Positions 38,412 to 53,310 of a stretch of DNA of 64,000 nucleotides are shown here, in pieces. Under the pieces are notes generated by a model. It was not told where the DNA came from and did not search any database. It worked only from the letters and a program-made list of their open reading frames with translations. The position numbers and the translations under genes are program-made. Where the stretch lies: contig NC_043005.1 in assembly GCF_006345805.1 (NCBI RefSeq), forward strand, positions 9,300,001 through 9,364,000, written 5' to 3'. The stretch comes from Octopus sinensis (Eukaryota). Each line of letters opens with the position of its first letter. Position 1 is the first letter of the stretch.

Positions 38412-39096
38412 GTGCTTGGCCATTATGAGGATGATAACATGTAATATTTCTCCATATATTCTGTTTTGTAAATTGTTATTGAGTTCTAACGTATCAAATA
38501 TAACATTTTGCATGTTGAAGTGTATGATGTATCATTGACCCAAATAGTATGCAGGTATTTTATTTATTAATCCTGGAATTATGAGAGGAAAATTCAATGC
38601 GAGCGGCATTTGAACTAAGAACGAAAGTGTAGGAACTAAACGTTACAAATCATCTTCCTTGAATGAACTGAATTTTAAATAGACATAAATATATTTAACT
38701 AAAATATATTTTATTTACACGAGCCTCGATCTGAAATGCGAATTCCCATTTGGAATTAAAAATAATAATGTTTTAAAATTGAGAAACGAAGTCATATGAT
38801 TCTATCTAGAATATATATGCCATTGTCATCACTAGAACATCAATCACCAGAAGCTTGCTTTAGCGGGAGAAATGATTTGAGTCGAAATAACATTAATAGC
38901 AGCAGTAGCATGACTTCGTTTGTTAAATGTTCAAATAATAGTTACTTTCAGTATGGAGCCAACGCGTTATCACAAAAAATCCAGAAATGAAACAAGTGTT
39001 TTTATAAAAGAGAGTTACATTGGATAATTTAGTTGTGCGTACTCGTATAAAGAGGGGATGGCCTCGCCTGGAATGATATTAATCAGACAAATAATA

Positions 39097-39385
39097 GGCG
39101 TAGGAGTGGGTGTGTGGTAAGTAGCTTGCTTACGAACCACATGGTTCCGGGTTGAGTCCCACTGCGTGGCATCTTGGGCAAGTGTCTTCCACTATAGCCT
39201 CGGGCTGACCAAAGTCTTCTGAATGGTTTTGGTAGACGGAAACTGAAAGAAGCCCGTCGTATATAATATATATATATATATATATAAATATATATGTGGT
39301 GTGTGTGTTGTGTGTGTGTTTTGTGTTTGTGTGCATGTTTGTATGTGTGTGTGAGTGTGTGTGTGTTTGTCCCCCCCAACATCAC
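39097..39385 (+). mobile_element. SINE-A, 5' two-thirds
   Basis: Head and internal microsatellite present; tail missing. Confidence 0.9.
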
Positions 39386-39823
39386 TTGAACATAGTTTGC
39401 CTTCTGAACTACGATGAAAAGACAGATTGTGATATAGTTATCAAAGATAGCATTAAAACAACGGGACGGTCATGCATGGAAGATATTCGATCACACATCT
39501 GTTCGTTCACAAATGACTTCGGGCTAGACAATTACAACAATAAACACATCTATAATGATGCCATCATAAATAGTAACAGTAAGACGATGATGATGATAAT
39601 ACGACACAATTGTCAGTGCCATCGTGGTAATACCTATACGTAGAGATATCTCCCGCAGTCGCCATAGCAATACTTTTATACACCATTAAATATGATCATA
39701 ATCAAAATAACGTGCAAAACAACAAGAAATAAAGTTAATACTATAAAGACGTTATATCAAGCCACATTTCGTTTCCAATTCATCAATGCTCCAGCCTTTT
39801 CAATTATACATACACAAAGACAT

Positions 39824-40080
<257 letters not shown>

Positions 40081-40868
40081 TATATTTATGCCTACATATA
40101 CTTACATATATATACTTACATACATACGAATATATGGGTACGCACATGCAGTCCTATCTTTGTGTGAGTATGGGTGACTAGATGTATAAGTATATATTTG
40201 TGTATGAGGTCTGTGTCCATTCATATTCACACAACCGTTTGCTTACAGATATAAAAGCAAACGCATAAGCAGATATGGCCATGAAAGCATGTTCACCACA
40301 CACATACACAAACACATAATATAAACATGCACCAATACATTTGTACGTATCAAGGCCAATATATAAATGTAGTATACGCATAGATACATATATCTACATA
40401 CTCTGTGTTTTGGAATCACGCCCAACACTGTTTTCCCACGGTCAATGGATTTTAGTAACATTTAGCTAGAGCTGAAGCATCGTTCAAATGTGGCGTGGTT
40501 ATTGTTCAGCCTGGTCAAGAAACCATACCAATCTATGCGTGGAATATTATAGGATAGAGAAATGGGAAATCTAAATATAGAGAGCGGGGAAGCAACATGT
40601 AGAAAGAGGTAGCGGTAAAATCATGTGACGACCATAAGACAAGAAAGTGTATATTGCCGTGTGAATGAAACAGTAGACAGGTTATTCTCCATAAATTGTG
40701 CGTATGGAGGCAGGATTTGAAACGTGAAAGAATGAATGTGATTCAGTCTATGTATGAGTGTATCTCTGTCCGGCTACGCTACAAGAACGAATAATAACAT
40801 TTACCCTAAAGTGTATGAATACACGTATACAACACTCACACACACACACACATCTATATCATTTATGT

Positions 40869-41173
40869 GAAGGCGCATGGCTCAGTGGTTAGAGCGTCGA
40901 GCTTACGATCGTGAGGTTGTGAGCTCGAATCCCGGACCGGGCTGCGTATTGTGTTTCTTGAGCAAGGCACTTTATTTCACGTTGCTCCAGTTCACTCAGC
41001 TGTAGAAATGAGTTGCGACGTCACTGGTGCCAAGCTGTATCGACCTTTGCCATTCCCTGGATAAACACTGGTGGCGTGGAGAGGGGAGGCTGGTATGCAT
41101 GGGCGACTGCTGGCTCCATAAACAACCTTGCCCGACTTGTGTCTAGGAGGGTAACTTTCTAATTGCAATCCCA
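40869..41173 (+). mobile_element. SINE-D (tRNA head plus CORE-like domain)
   Basis: A box TGGCTCAGTGG, B box GCTCGAATCCC, then TTGAGCAAGGCACTT..CACTCAGCTGTAGAAATGAGT. Confidence 0.8.
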
Positions 41174-41185
41174 TATATCTATAGC

Positions 41186-41231
<46 letters not shown>

Positions 41232-41232
41232 G

Positions 41233-41266
<34 letters not shown>

Positions 41267-41455
41267 ATATATTAATATATATATGTATATAAATATATAT
41301 ATATATATATATCAAAATAAGCAACGAGGATATCCAGAGCGAATGCAGTATCTCTGGATATCTGATGCTTATTTTGATTGTAAACACCCCATTTTGATGT
41401 AGGATTACCATATTAAATTCTGGTGCCTTTAACTTAGTATCATATGCAACTGAAC

Positions 41456-41477
41456 TATCTTCTATCTATCTTCTATC

Positions 41478-41528
<51 letters not shown>

Positions 41529-41604
41529 CTATCTATCTTCTATCTCTCTGTCTATATCTATCTTTCTGTCTATCTATCTATCTATTTATATGTATGTATA
41601 TATA

Positions 41605-41662
<58 letters not shown>

Positions 41663-41675
41663 GTATATATATATA
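41456..41675. repeat. (TATC)n plus (TA)n microsatellite
   Basis: Seen directly. Confidence 0.95.
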
Positions 41676-41777
41676 ATAGATAATATCAAAGGGTATCAGA
41701 GATATTTGAAATTGCCATTGCCAGTGGCCTAGCGTGTAATAATGTAGTCAATAGATTATATATTATTCATATAAATA

Positions 41778-41996
41778 GAGTGTACATTTAAACACATAAG
41801 AGTTATACATCATAGGACTCCTTGCACGCTAGAGGGGACAGTCAAATTCCAAACCACTATTAGGGATAAACATTTTGTTTTTTTATTTTTTATTACCTTC
41901 GAAATTCTATCCCTAATAGTGGCATGTAATTTAACTGTCCTTTCTAGCGTGCAAGGAATCCTATGATGGATACCTCTTATGTGTTTAAATGTACAC

Positions 41997-41998
<2 letters not shown>
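41778..41998. mobile_element. MITE with approx. 85-bp TIRs (Tc1/pogo-like tip CAGTGTACATTT)
   Basis: Imperfect inverted arms AGTGTACATTTAAACACATAAGAG..CCACTATTAGGGATA; TA on the left flank. Confidence 0.75.
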
Positions 41999-42047
<49 letters not shown>

Positions 42048-42230
42048 TAATATATATATACTTATATATGCATATGCATACATATAATATACATACATAT
42101 CTATATACATCAAATGCTCACACAACATACACACACTTACACGCACACTCAGTACACACACATATGCATATATATTTACACAAGAGAGAGAGACAGAAAG
42201 AGAGAAAGAGAAATAGAGAGAAAGAGTGAA

Positions 42231-42266
<36 letters not shown>

Positions 42267-42474
42267 AATAAGATTTTCAGCAAACCAAGAGAAATGTAAA
42301 TATACGCACAAATAAGTGTGGCATTGTTATAACAATACAACTTCTGCTACGCATACCACTGCATACTAATGTTGAAATTGTAGTTTTTCATTATTTAGTT
42401 ATAATAATAGCCATATCATTATCTCGTTATACTCCAGTGTCACTTTGATGGCATGTGTTGCATATTACTTTATA

Positions 42475-43436
<962 letters not shown>

Positions 43437-43679
43437 AATTTCACGAAAATATAAAAAATGTAAGCATCTGTAAATTGTGTACTGGTGCCATGAGAAAAAG
43501 TTGTTATATTATGACAGTTACAGAATACAGAAAGAAGTGTAAGCCGATAACTGTATAATCCAACCAAAATATCTCAGTTACGCAAACGTAAACAGAATTA
43601 CTATCTGTCTTAAAATACATCATACGTATTCTAAGGACTTTCTTGGCTTAGTGGTGCGGAACGTTCTTCTGGTATTCTT

Positions 43680-43890
43680 TTATTTACTTACTTGTTTCAA
43701 TTGTTTGTCGGTGGCTAAGTTACGGGGACGCAAACACACCAACATCGGTTGTCAAACAATTTTGTTAGTGGTGGGGAGGAACAGAGACACAAACACACAC
43801 ACACATAAATATATATATATATGACTGACTTCTTTCAGTTTCCATTTATCAAATTCACTCACGAGGCTTTAGTCGGCCTGAGACTAGAGT
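43680..43890 (-). mobile_element. SINE-A, internally deleted fragment
   Basis: CTAAGTTACGGGGACGCAAACACACC..CTTCTTTCAGTTTCC. Confidence 0.75.
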
Positions 43891-44374
43891 AGAAAGCAGT
43901 CTTTAAAGTATTCAGTTGAATTTTGTGTGGCCACCTGTTGGCTACATTCCGTTCGAAATTTGCATTAGTTTTTGCATGAAAAAAGGAAGGCAGGTAAGGG
44001 GCTTCTTTGTAGTTTGTAGAGAAAGCGTTAAATGTGCCTGAAAAAATATCGTGCCTCCTACCAACTCAAAGACATGAAGAACTATGAAAGAAGGCGAGTA
44101 AGTACCGCGATGGGGGATAGAAAAGATAACTAACAGTCGATCATTCTAGAACTCCCAGAATAAAAACGTAAACACCTGAAAGACTTTCCCACTATTACTA
44201 AATGTCTTTCCTTCTTCCTCGTTGTTAAAAGTAAAGAACAGAGAAAAATCGATCGTATTTCAGTGTACTGGCATTTTAAATGATTGAGGCTTTCCTTTCT
44301 CTGTCTCTATCATTTTACTCTTGTTCTCTACGGAGAGTGAATGTGTGTTGCTCAGTAATTATGGGTATTTGGCC

Positions 44375-44615
44375 CACGATCGTAAAGTCACTAGAACGAT
44401 TCTCTGTGGCGCGCTGTGTTCTTGAGCAAGGTACTCTACTTCACCTTGCTGCAGTCCACTCAGCTGGTAAAAGTGAGTTGTAGCCGTAATTCAAAGGGGC
44501 TTGCCTTGTCACATCCTGTGTGAGGCTGAATATCCTTGAGATCTACCTTATCGTATGCGTGTCTGTGGAGTACTCAGCCACAGGCGCGTTCTTGTCATCG
44601 TAACTGACGGAGTGT
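44375..44615 (+). mobile_element. Diverged chimeric SINE (CORE-like domain plus SINE-B 3' body)
   Basis: GTGTTCTTGAGCAAGG..CACTCAGCTG followed by CAAAGGG..CCTTGTCAC..GCTGAATATCC..CGTAACTGACGGAGTG. Confidence 0.6.
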
Positions 44616-44869
44616 CATTTTTAAGTGAAAAATAAAGACATGTTCCATATTGTAAGGGATGTGTTTAGTATAAGCAGTGAAAGCTAAGACGAAGTCATTC
44701 TTATTCCGTTGTGTATTCATCCTCGACTCACGCTCAGTTTGGTAACAACAACCTGCGCATCGGTGTTTACCTGGGGGCTTGGTCTCCAGGTCTATGTTAG
44801 GATGAGATTAACACCCATAGTGACCCTAAAGACTAAAAATATTTTCCTGCCCCTGCATAGAATCTTTTT

Positions 44870-45855
44870 TCGTTAGAGCAGCGAAAGCAACATAGAATGG
44901 TATGTAAACAATGCCATTGAATCACTATTATTGGAAGCAAGAAGGTCAAGCGTATGCAGGATGGAAGGCTGCAAAGATAAATCAATGTACAAGAACTTGA
45001 GAATGAATGAAACTGAAAGTAGGTGGATAAAGAAAAGAATGCATGGACAATTTCATTGGGATGTTGAAGATAACACAAACAGAGGAAAAAAGATGACTAA
45101 GAGTGATTTAAAACCGGAAACGGAGGTTAAAATCTGTGCTGCTCAAGAGCAAGCATTAAGGACCAATTACGTCAAATACAGAATAGACAACACATCAGAA
45201 AGTGATAAGTGCAGAATTTGTATACAAGACTGTGAAACTTGATGGCATGTTACCAGTCAATATACGGCACAAGCCCAGAAAGAATATAAGAGACATCATG
45301 ACAATATAGCAAGGATTGTCCATTGGATACTTTGCAACTAATATGGACTTGACAGAGCAAAAAAGTCGTGCGAACATAAACCCAAAGACATCATCGAAAA
45401 TGATAATGCAAAGATCTATGGAATTTTATGAATCAGTGCAACCATGACATAGAGAATAGGAAACCAGACATAGTGTTAATTGAGAAAGAAAGCAAACAAT
45501 GCTGGATCATAGATGTATCATTTCCATCTGACAACAAGATATGCGATAAGGAAGAAAGAAAGGTCGATAGATATGAAAAGTTTCTTTGGGAGGTTAAGAA
45601 GTTGTGGTCACTGAAATAGGTGGTAGTTGTATCAATAATTGCCGGAGCCCTGTGAACAGTGAGTAAAAATCTTGGTAAGTACAGGGCACAAATATGGGCT
45701 GAGATAACGGAGTAACACTTGCAGAAAGCAGCTACGCTTTGAACCGCTCGAATACTCCGGATGGTGATCGAAAAATACGGGATGGTACCTGAGTCCACTG
45801 ATAATGAACAGCTGGAACCGTAGTACATCTCCAGCGTTAGAAGCTGTGTAAAGAC
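44870..45855 (+). mobile_element. Degraded R4/Dong-like element
   Basis: RWIKKRMHGQF, ICAAQEQALRTNY, CRIC, RHDN, NRKPDIVLIEK, KVDRY; ends at GAAGCTGTGTAAAGAC(AAT)n. Confidence 0.85.
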
Positions 45856-45926
<71 letters not shown>

Positions 45927-45949
45927 TAATAATAATAATAATAATCTAA

Positions 45950-45998
<49 letters not shown>

Positions 45999-46042
45999 GT
46001 TAATAATAATGACAAGAAGAAGGATAACAAAAACAACAACGA

Positions 46043-46100
<58 letters not shown>

Positions 46101-46140
46101 AATAATAATAATAATAATATAATAATAATAATATAATGTA
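45856..46140. repeat. (AAT)n/(ATT)n microsatellite with strand switches
   Basis: Seen directly. Confidence 0.95.
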
Positions 46141-46491
46141 ATCGTGTTCAATACACTCTAATTCACAGAATATTCAAACGTATAATCAGATGGCTTTAAA
46201 GCAGATAGATAAACAATTAAATGGAGTTTCGGTGCTTAGTCGAAATGGCAATCCGTGGGATTGGATAATAATGGTACTACAGTTTTAATAACTACAATGC
46301 ACTTCTATGTAATTGATTTATTCGCAAATTACACCCGCCTATGAAGCGACTTGCCTTACTCAAGCAGCTGAAGACTATACATGTGTATATCTGAAATTGT
46401 ATTCTCTAATGAATCTGATTTGACGAACTGATAAATTTTTAAAATACCAATGGAACGCATGATCGGCAGGCTCTGTAATATTACAATACAT

Positions 46492-46847
46492 TGGAAGCAC
46501 TCCGTCGGTTACGACGATGAGGTTTCCGGTTGATCAGAATCAACGGAACAGCCTGCTCGTGAAATTAACGTGTACCCTTAACGTAGTTCTCGGGAATATT
46601 CAGCGTGACACAGAGAGTGACAAGGCCGGCCCTTTGAAATACAGGTACAACAGAAACGGGAAGTAAGAGTTAGAGAAAGTTGTGGTGAAAGAGTACAGCA
46701 GGGATCACCACCATCCCCTGCCGGAGCCTCATGGAGCCTTAGGTGTTTTCGCTCAATAAACACTCACAACGCCCGGTCTGGGAATCGAAACCGCGATCCT
46801 ATGACCGCGAGTCCGCTGCCCTAACCACTGGGCCATTGCGCCTCCAC
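46492..46847 (-). mobile_element. SINE-B with internal deletion between ACGTGTA repeats
   Basis: 13-bp TSD TATTACAATACAT at 46479-46491 and 46848-46860. Confidence 0.92.
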
Positions 46848-47567
46848 TATTACAATACATACAAGTTATATGTCTGTGTATACATAATCTAAGTCTTTGA
46901 GTAACGTTCGGTAGGAAAACATGAAACAGTGTCAGAGATTGTAAGGAAGTTACAGGCTATGTAACAGCTATTGATACTATCCAAAAAGAGTTTTCTCCAC
47001 TGACGTGTTGAACGTTTCTGTTTCCAGAACTAGAAAAGCAGAAATTTATTCTTTTTAACCCCTGATGCTTAAAAATTACGAAGAATTTTGTATTGTATTT
47101 TAATACATATGGGAAAAGTAACTGATTACAAAAATAATTCATTTACAGTAATTACGGAAAATAGAGTAATATGTTAATAAAATAAAACATTCTTAATATA
47201 TTTTTGTTTTGTATTTGTGTACTAATTATTTACACGTGCCTGTGAAAGTCAACTTGACCCACCTTTTAAATTTATTGGTTAATCTATTTCTTGGCAAATG
47301 AACATATCAGACCAACGTATTCTAAGGACTGACATCTTTTGAAATAATTTATTTAAACTATAGTGGGATAATGCTGCTAATATTCTCATAAAAAGACAAT
47401 GGAAAATTTTGTACAGGGTTCTTATTAACAAATTAAATAGAATTTAAAATGTTTCAAATATAGTTGAATTTGGATTTATATGTCATTTTATGTACAATAC
47501 GATATTTCAATGTTTTGTCAACATCCGTTTCGTTTAAATTTTATTGATACGAGATAAATACCTACAT

Positions 47568-47952
47568 GGGAAGCACTCCGTCGGTTACGACGATGAGGGT
47601 TCCGGTTGATCCGAATCAACGGAACAGCCTGCTCGTGAAATTAACGTGTAAGTGGCTGAGCACTCCACAGACACGTGTACCCTTAACGTAGTTCTCGGGG
47701 ATATTCAGCGTGACACAGAGAGTGACAAGGCCGGCCCTTTGAAATACAGGTACAACAGAAACAGGAAGTAAGAGTGAGAGAAAGTTGTGGTGAAAGAGTA
47801 CAGCAGGGATCACCACCATCCCCTGCCAGAGCCTCGTGGAGCTTTAGGTGTTTTCGCTCAATAAACACTCACAACGCCCGATCTGGGAATCGAAACCGCG
47901 ATCCTACGACCGCGAGTCCGCTGCCCTAACCACTGGGCCATTGCGCCTCCAC
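47568..47952 (-). mobile_element. SINE-B, full length
   Basis: 13-bp TSD TAAATACCTACAT at 47555-47567 and 47953-47965. Confidence 0.92.
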
Positions 47953-48568
47953 TAAATACCTACATACGAAAATTTTCAATCCATTTTAATCAGGTTTTTA
48001 ATAATTCGTCTATTTATAGTTTAATTAAACTTCTTTATTTTCCTAAATTAAGGCAATATCGTTTTAAAAAATAAATCCCGCATCCCTTAATACTAAATGG
48101 CAAAATATTGGCAAATATTGTTCTTCCTTAGATTATGACATGACGTTCTTTACGAATTTATCATCACACATAAGCATGTAAAATAACATGAACATCAGGA
48201 AGTTAAACCAAAATACCAGTTTAGGATTGAGTTTAGGATTGGTTAATCCACATATCTACCACATAAGTAAAATGTTTGTGTTGACTAAGCCACCATCTTA
48301 AGCGCAACAAGTAGTCCTCCCGTCCCAAAACTAAGTCCCTCTGGGATTACCTTCAGTTTTATATCTGTCCCTCAGTTGTTGATTTACAAGTTTTCAAGAG
48401 GAAGATTTTCGATATCAATCGTACCAGTGTACTAGGGCCTCTAAATGACGTTTCCAATGCTTTCTTCCAGTTACAATAGGTAAAAAAATAGTTTTATAAC
48501 AAAGTCGTATAAAATGTGGAACTATTAAAACATTAAACTCATGTTTCGAACCTTATTTTATAACTCAA

Positions 48569-48863
48569 CTAGCAGTATCGCCCGGCGTTTCTCGGGTTTG
48601 TAAGGGAAATAACTATATAAGCATTTTAGAGAGTTACTTCCCTTATATAATAGCAAAACAATGCATTAAAAATGGGTAAAAATGATGGTAATTTTTTTAA
48701 AATCGTAGACTCATCGTAGACGCGCGCTAATACCCAGAAGGGCTCGATATGAATCACGACTATAAGATACCCACTTTTTGTTAAACTGCACCGCAAAATG
48801 TGGGAGTAGTTAGGAATCTAAATCGTAGGAGACAGACACACAACTTCACTTTTAAATATAAGA
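48569..48863 (-). mobile_element. Non-autonomous Helitron, shorter copy
   Basis: A|TC 5' end, hairpin and CTAG|T 3' end; homologous to 3667-4064. Confidence 0.85.
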
Positions 48864-50407
48864 TATGAACGAAGGCAACTTGGGTATTATTTTGATTCTA
48901 ATTCGAAGGAAAAAAAATCATTGTCCTGCTAAATTTATTGAAACGAAAAATTAACAAAAAAAATCTGAAGAATCCTTATCTTTTAGTTTCCCCCCTCACA
49001 TATGTAATACCCGGTAAAAAGAAAATCAATATTTCATATACGTCTGTCATAAAATATTTTAATAAAACAATAAAAAAAACTTTGAAACGTTCTCCGTATC
49101 AAATGGTATTTTTTCCTATTGTTGATTGAGACAAGATGAATATATTTTAATCTGGTATCTTTTTGACATTTCGGATTATTTGGGTATCAACTTTTGCTAC
49201 AATTATTTACAAATATATCAGAGTGGTAAAATAAAGGGATATTCTGATGTCCTTGAAGTTATCGGCGATTATGATTTGAACTGATTTATTCTGTCAGTAA
49301 AAAAAAAAAAATTATCTTTGATAAATTATTTTCCAATACACGAACTACGGAAATAGTTTTTAGCGTTTTCAGGCATAACACATCACAAATGATCAACATC
49401 TATATTTTTCCATGTGATGTTTGTAGTTTTTTTTTTTTTTATATCAATGATATTCCGTTTCAAAGGGTTTTAAAACTAGACTTTTCCTATGAACTGTTTT
49501 GTGAAGTTCGTTATCTAATAAGACTTTAAATTTCAAAAGAAAATTCCCGCAGAAAATTGTTGAAAATAAAATTAAAATTCCATGATATGCACAACATGCC
49601 CATAAATAGATCGCAATATTCTTTCTCAATTTGAAAGATTAGAATTTAGTAATTAACATGTGTTTTTCGATAGTATGATTTAATATTTATTTCTTTTGTT
49701 CACTATTTTATAATTTTTTTTAATAAAAATGCATTTATATCTATTCTACATCTAAACGTATCATAGTTGGTGTGTACATCTATATAATTTTGGTGCATAA
49801 CTTTTCAATTCATTAAAGGTCTTTAACGTCTGTTTATTAATAGTTGTTTTGAGATGGGATAAAAACTAGTGAACACTATTTGAATCAGTTTATGTATCCT
49901 GGACAACACTAGAAAGTGAAAAGATGGAAGTAATGTTTTCTACGCTTACAAATATATGTGAACGAATGCATATTTAAATAATCTGTCAGTAAATTTCCAA
50001 TACTAATATTATCGGTGTATCTGTTATCGTGAAACAACGCAAATATGATACCGTGGTATCTAGTATACTATATGTAATAAAGGTTATTCAAGGGCACACT
50101 AGTGATTTTTCCTCCAAAGAGCTTGTATATTCCGTACGTTGAGAATTTAAAAGTAAAAAAAATAAAGAAAAAAGAAAAGATACCAACGCATTGTATGAAG
50201 CAACGGAAATTAAATGCAGCCTCTAAAAAGTTAATAGTAAAGAAACAAAAGAAAAAAAAAAGAGAAACGAATGTTTAAAATGGAAACAGTGAATGCATTT
50301 CCCAATAAAAAATAGCAGAGAAATTGAAAACTCAATTTTATCTCTTTATTTACTCATACTTCTTTATATTTTTCATACATACATAAATTCATGCATACAT
50401 ACACACA

Positions 50408-50488
<81 letters not shown>

Positions 50489-50840
50489 ATATATATACAT
50501 ACATACATACATACATACATACATACACGATCCTGACATTTGGGATAGTTTACTGGTGTGTAGAGGAAATGAACTCTATGAGCGTTAAAACACGCAAGCC
50601 ATTGGAAATCTTCATAGATATAATGATAGCTACTGCCTCAATCTAAGAAGAGACTGAGGATGTAGAGGCTTCAGATCACTGTACACAGCCTTTGAATTTC
50701 AAATAATCTCTCTCAGACACCACTTATTAAATAACAACAGGAAAAATAAATACGTTAACTTAGTGCTGAAAAGTGAAGAGATCAAAATCCTGAGTGTCAG
50801 CAGCGAGATCCTAGGAATTATTCTCTCTCTGATTACCTCC

Positions 50841-51104
50841 GTAAAAGAGGGAATACAAAGGAGTGACAGAGAGAGAGAGGAGAAATGGAAAGAAAGGAAG
50901 AGACGTAAACAAGAGACTATGGCACTTCAACCAGCCAGGAACAGTCTTCGCTACATTTGCGGTACCTGCCAGAGGGAGTGTTTGTCCAGGATAGGACTAC
51001 ACAGCCACAGCAGGAAATGTATCAGGACATGAAACATAAAAGCCGGACTAGACTACTTCATGCGCAACTCCATTGTCTCCCGAGACAAAAAGGATGCCAA
51101 TACA
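50841..51104 (+). mobile_element. 3' end of an RTE-BovB-like LINE
   Basis: YICGTCQRECLSRIGLHSHSRKC finger; tail CCATTGTCTCCCGAGACAAAAAGGATGCC; 10-bp TSD GAT(T/G)ACCTCC. Confidence 0.85.
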
Positions 51105-51783
51105 GATGACCTCCCATACAACCACAAAACGGCCGAACTAATATACGTCAAAGAAGGCCCGGATATGGTACCCTCAGCATATCAAACAAATCCTATGCAT
51201 AGATACGTTTCTCGATGATATACGGAGGACAATGATATCGACGTGAAGCGTAGCATCTTTTGGTCTTCTGGCCGATATATTACATCATTCATCAAAGGCT
51301 ATTCATTTGCAATCCAAGAATAGAAGATTGCTACGAAATGCTTAATAAAGTAGAGACAGCGAAGCCCTTGGAGCGACAAAATGCAACCGGAATGTAGATT
51401 ATATCGTAATTCTGTAGACGACATCATACATGTTATTAGCAGTTCCACCAAAATATCATCAAAGTTCTACCACGCGGCACGATGTTATCGCAAGCACAGA
51501 ATACAATGCAATTCGGAATAAATACAGAGAATACACCCGTTGTTAAATACATACCATAACATTAACACAAGGAATACTGGCGAGGCATTCCCATCAAAAC
51601 ATCGGTCAAGTGTAAACCTAATAGACTGGATATTGTTGTTTTGGACAGAAAAGATAATGTATGTGCCTTTATAGAGGTCAACGGTTTTGCTGATGGTAAT
51701 ATCTCCTTGCAAATCAAATTGAAATCTGATGATTATGGACAACTGCTTCGAAAACTTCAAGTTTTATATCCAGATTATATATG

Positions 51784-52193
51784 CTCTTTACTCTTTACTC
51801 TTTTACTTGTTTCAGTCATTTGACTGCGGCCATGCTGGAGCACCGCCTTTAGTCGAGCAAATCGACCCCGGGACTTATTCTTTTGTAAGCCCAGTACTTA
51901 TTCTATCGGTCTCTTTTGCCGAACCGCTAGGTGACGGGGACGTAAATACACCAGCATCGGTTGTCAAGCAATGCTAGGGGGACAAACACAGACACACAAA
52001 CATACACACACACATATATATATATATATATACATATATACGACGGCCTTCTTTCAGTTTCCGTCTACCAAATCCACTCACAAGGCTTTGGTTGGCCCGA
52101 GGCTATAGTAGAAGACACTTGCCCAAGATGCCACGCAATGGGACTGAACCCGGAACCATGTGGTTCGTAAGCAAGCTACTTACCACACAGCCA
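51784..52193 (-). mobile_element. SINE-A, near full length
   Basis: Reverse complement of the 52882 copy. Confidence 0.92.
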
Positions 52194-52881
52194 TATTTAT
52201 TTCAATAATAATTGATGCAGTTAGTTTTCTGAGTAAATGCCTAAGTGACAATATAGATAAGTTTGGGTTTTCAAAAAATAAATCAACCAGCTAACTAGTA
52301 ATTTACATTTACAATCTGTAGGTGTAAGAGTAAAAATATGCCAAACTTTCTTTAAGTATAAAGTGTTATATTATTTTTGTCAGGTTCCAGGAATGAAGCT
52401 TTGTATCTTTGTTACAATCCACCTCCTTCGGCGGAATTATTCAAATAATTAAGCATAAAAGAGAACGTACATACATACATACATACATACATACATACAT
52501 AGATGTATATTAATATCTCGAAATTTTGTTGAAAAAGTTTTCTGAGGAGTTGGGAAGCGGAGTTTTGGAAAATTCACAAGACCCGAAATTTTCTCCCCTC
52601 ATAACTTTCTGGAAAATAGGTATTTTATTAAATGAAATTTTATACGAATACCTTTTAAACGGTGTAAATTATGATTACAAAGAAATTTGTAGGTAAAAGT
52701 TTTGGAAGTGGGTAGGGTGGATGGGTTTCTGGTAAACTGAGTCCCGAATCAGACGGCTCACATAAGTTGGAAATTCTCCATTTTGACGAGGATTTTTTCC
52801 AATGTTTTCCACCAAAGTCATCAGAATGATGGAAGGCATTTTTTCCCGAGCAAAAAAAAAAAGAAAAAAGTAAAAAGTATA

Positions 52882-53310
52882 GGCGCAGGAGTGGCTGTGT
52901 GGTAAGTAGCTTGCTAACCAACCACATGGTTCCGGGTTCAGTCCCACTGCGTGGCATTTGGGCAAGTGTCTTCTACTATAGCCCCGGGCCGACCAATGCC
53001 TTGTGAGTGGATTTGGTAGACGGAAACTGAAAGAAGCCTGTCGTATATATGTATATATATATATATATATAAGTGTGTGTGTATATGTTTGTGTGTCTGT
53101 GTTTGTCCCCCTAGCATTGCTTGACAACCGATGCTGGTGTGTTTACGTCCCCGTCACTTAGCGGTTCGGCAAAAGGGACAGATAGAATAAGTACTGGGCT
53201 TACAAAGAATAAGTCCCGGGGTCGATTTGCTCGACTAAAGGCGGTGCTCCAGCATGGCCGCAGTCAAATGACTGAAACAAGTAAAAGAGTAAAAGAGTAA
53301 AGAGTAAAAG
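52882..53310 (+). mobile_element. SINE-A, full length
   Basis: Complete head, internal microsatellite and (TAAAAGAG)n tail. Confidence 0.92.

Larger units (their letters stand above)
50580..52360 (+). mobile_element. Degraded R4/NeSL-like REL element interrupted by two insertions
   Basis: GCRGFRSLYTAFE, GYSFAIQE, RHDVIA, EYWRGIPIKTSVKCKPNRLDIVV..LQVLYPDY, resuming as FISIIIDAVSFLSKCL after the SINE. Confidence 0.7.

Noticed and set aside
45856-46140. (AAT)n/(ATT)n foldback
   Set aside because: Explained by microsatellite strand switching; nothing specific to it.
48250-48500. Possible host exon with GT/AG-like sites
   Set aside because: No frame is open between plausible splice sites and no homology is recognised.
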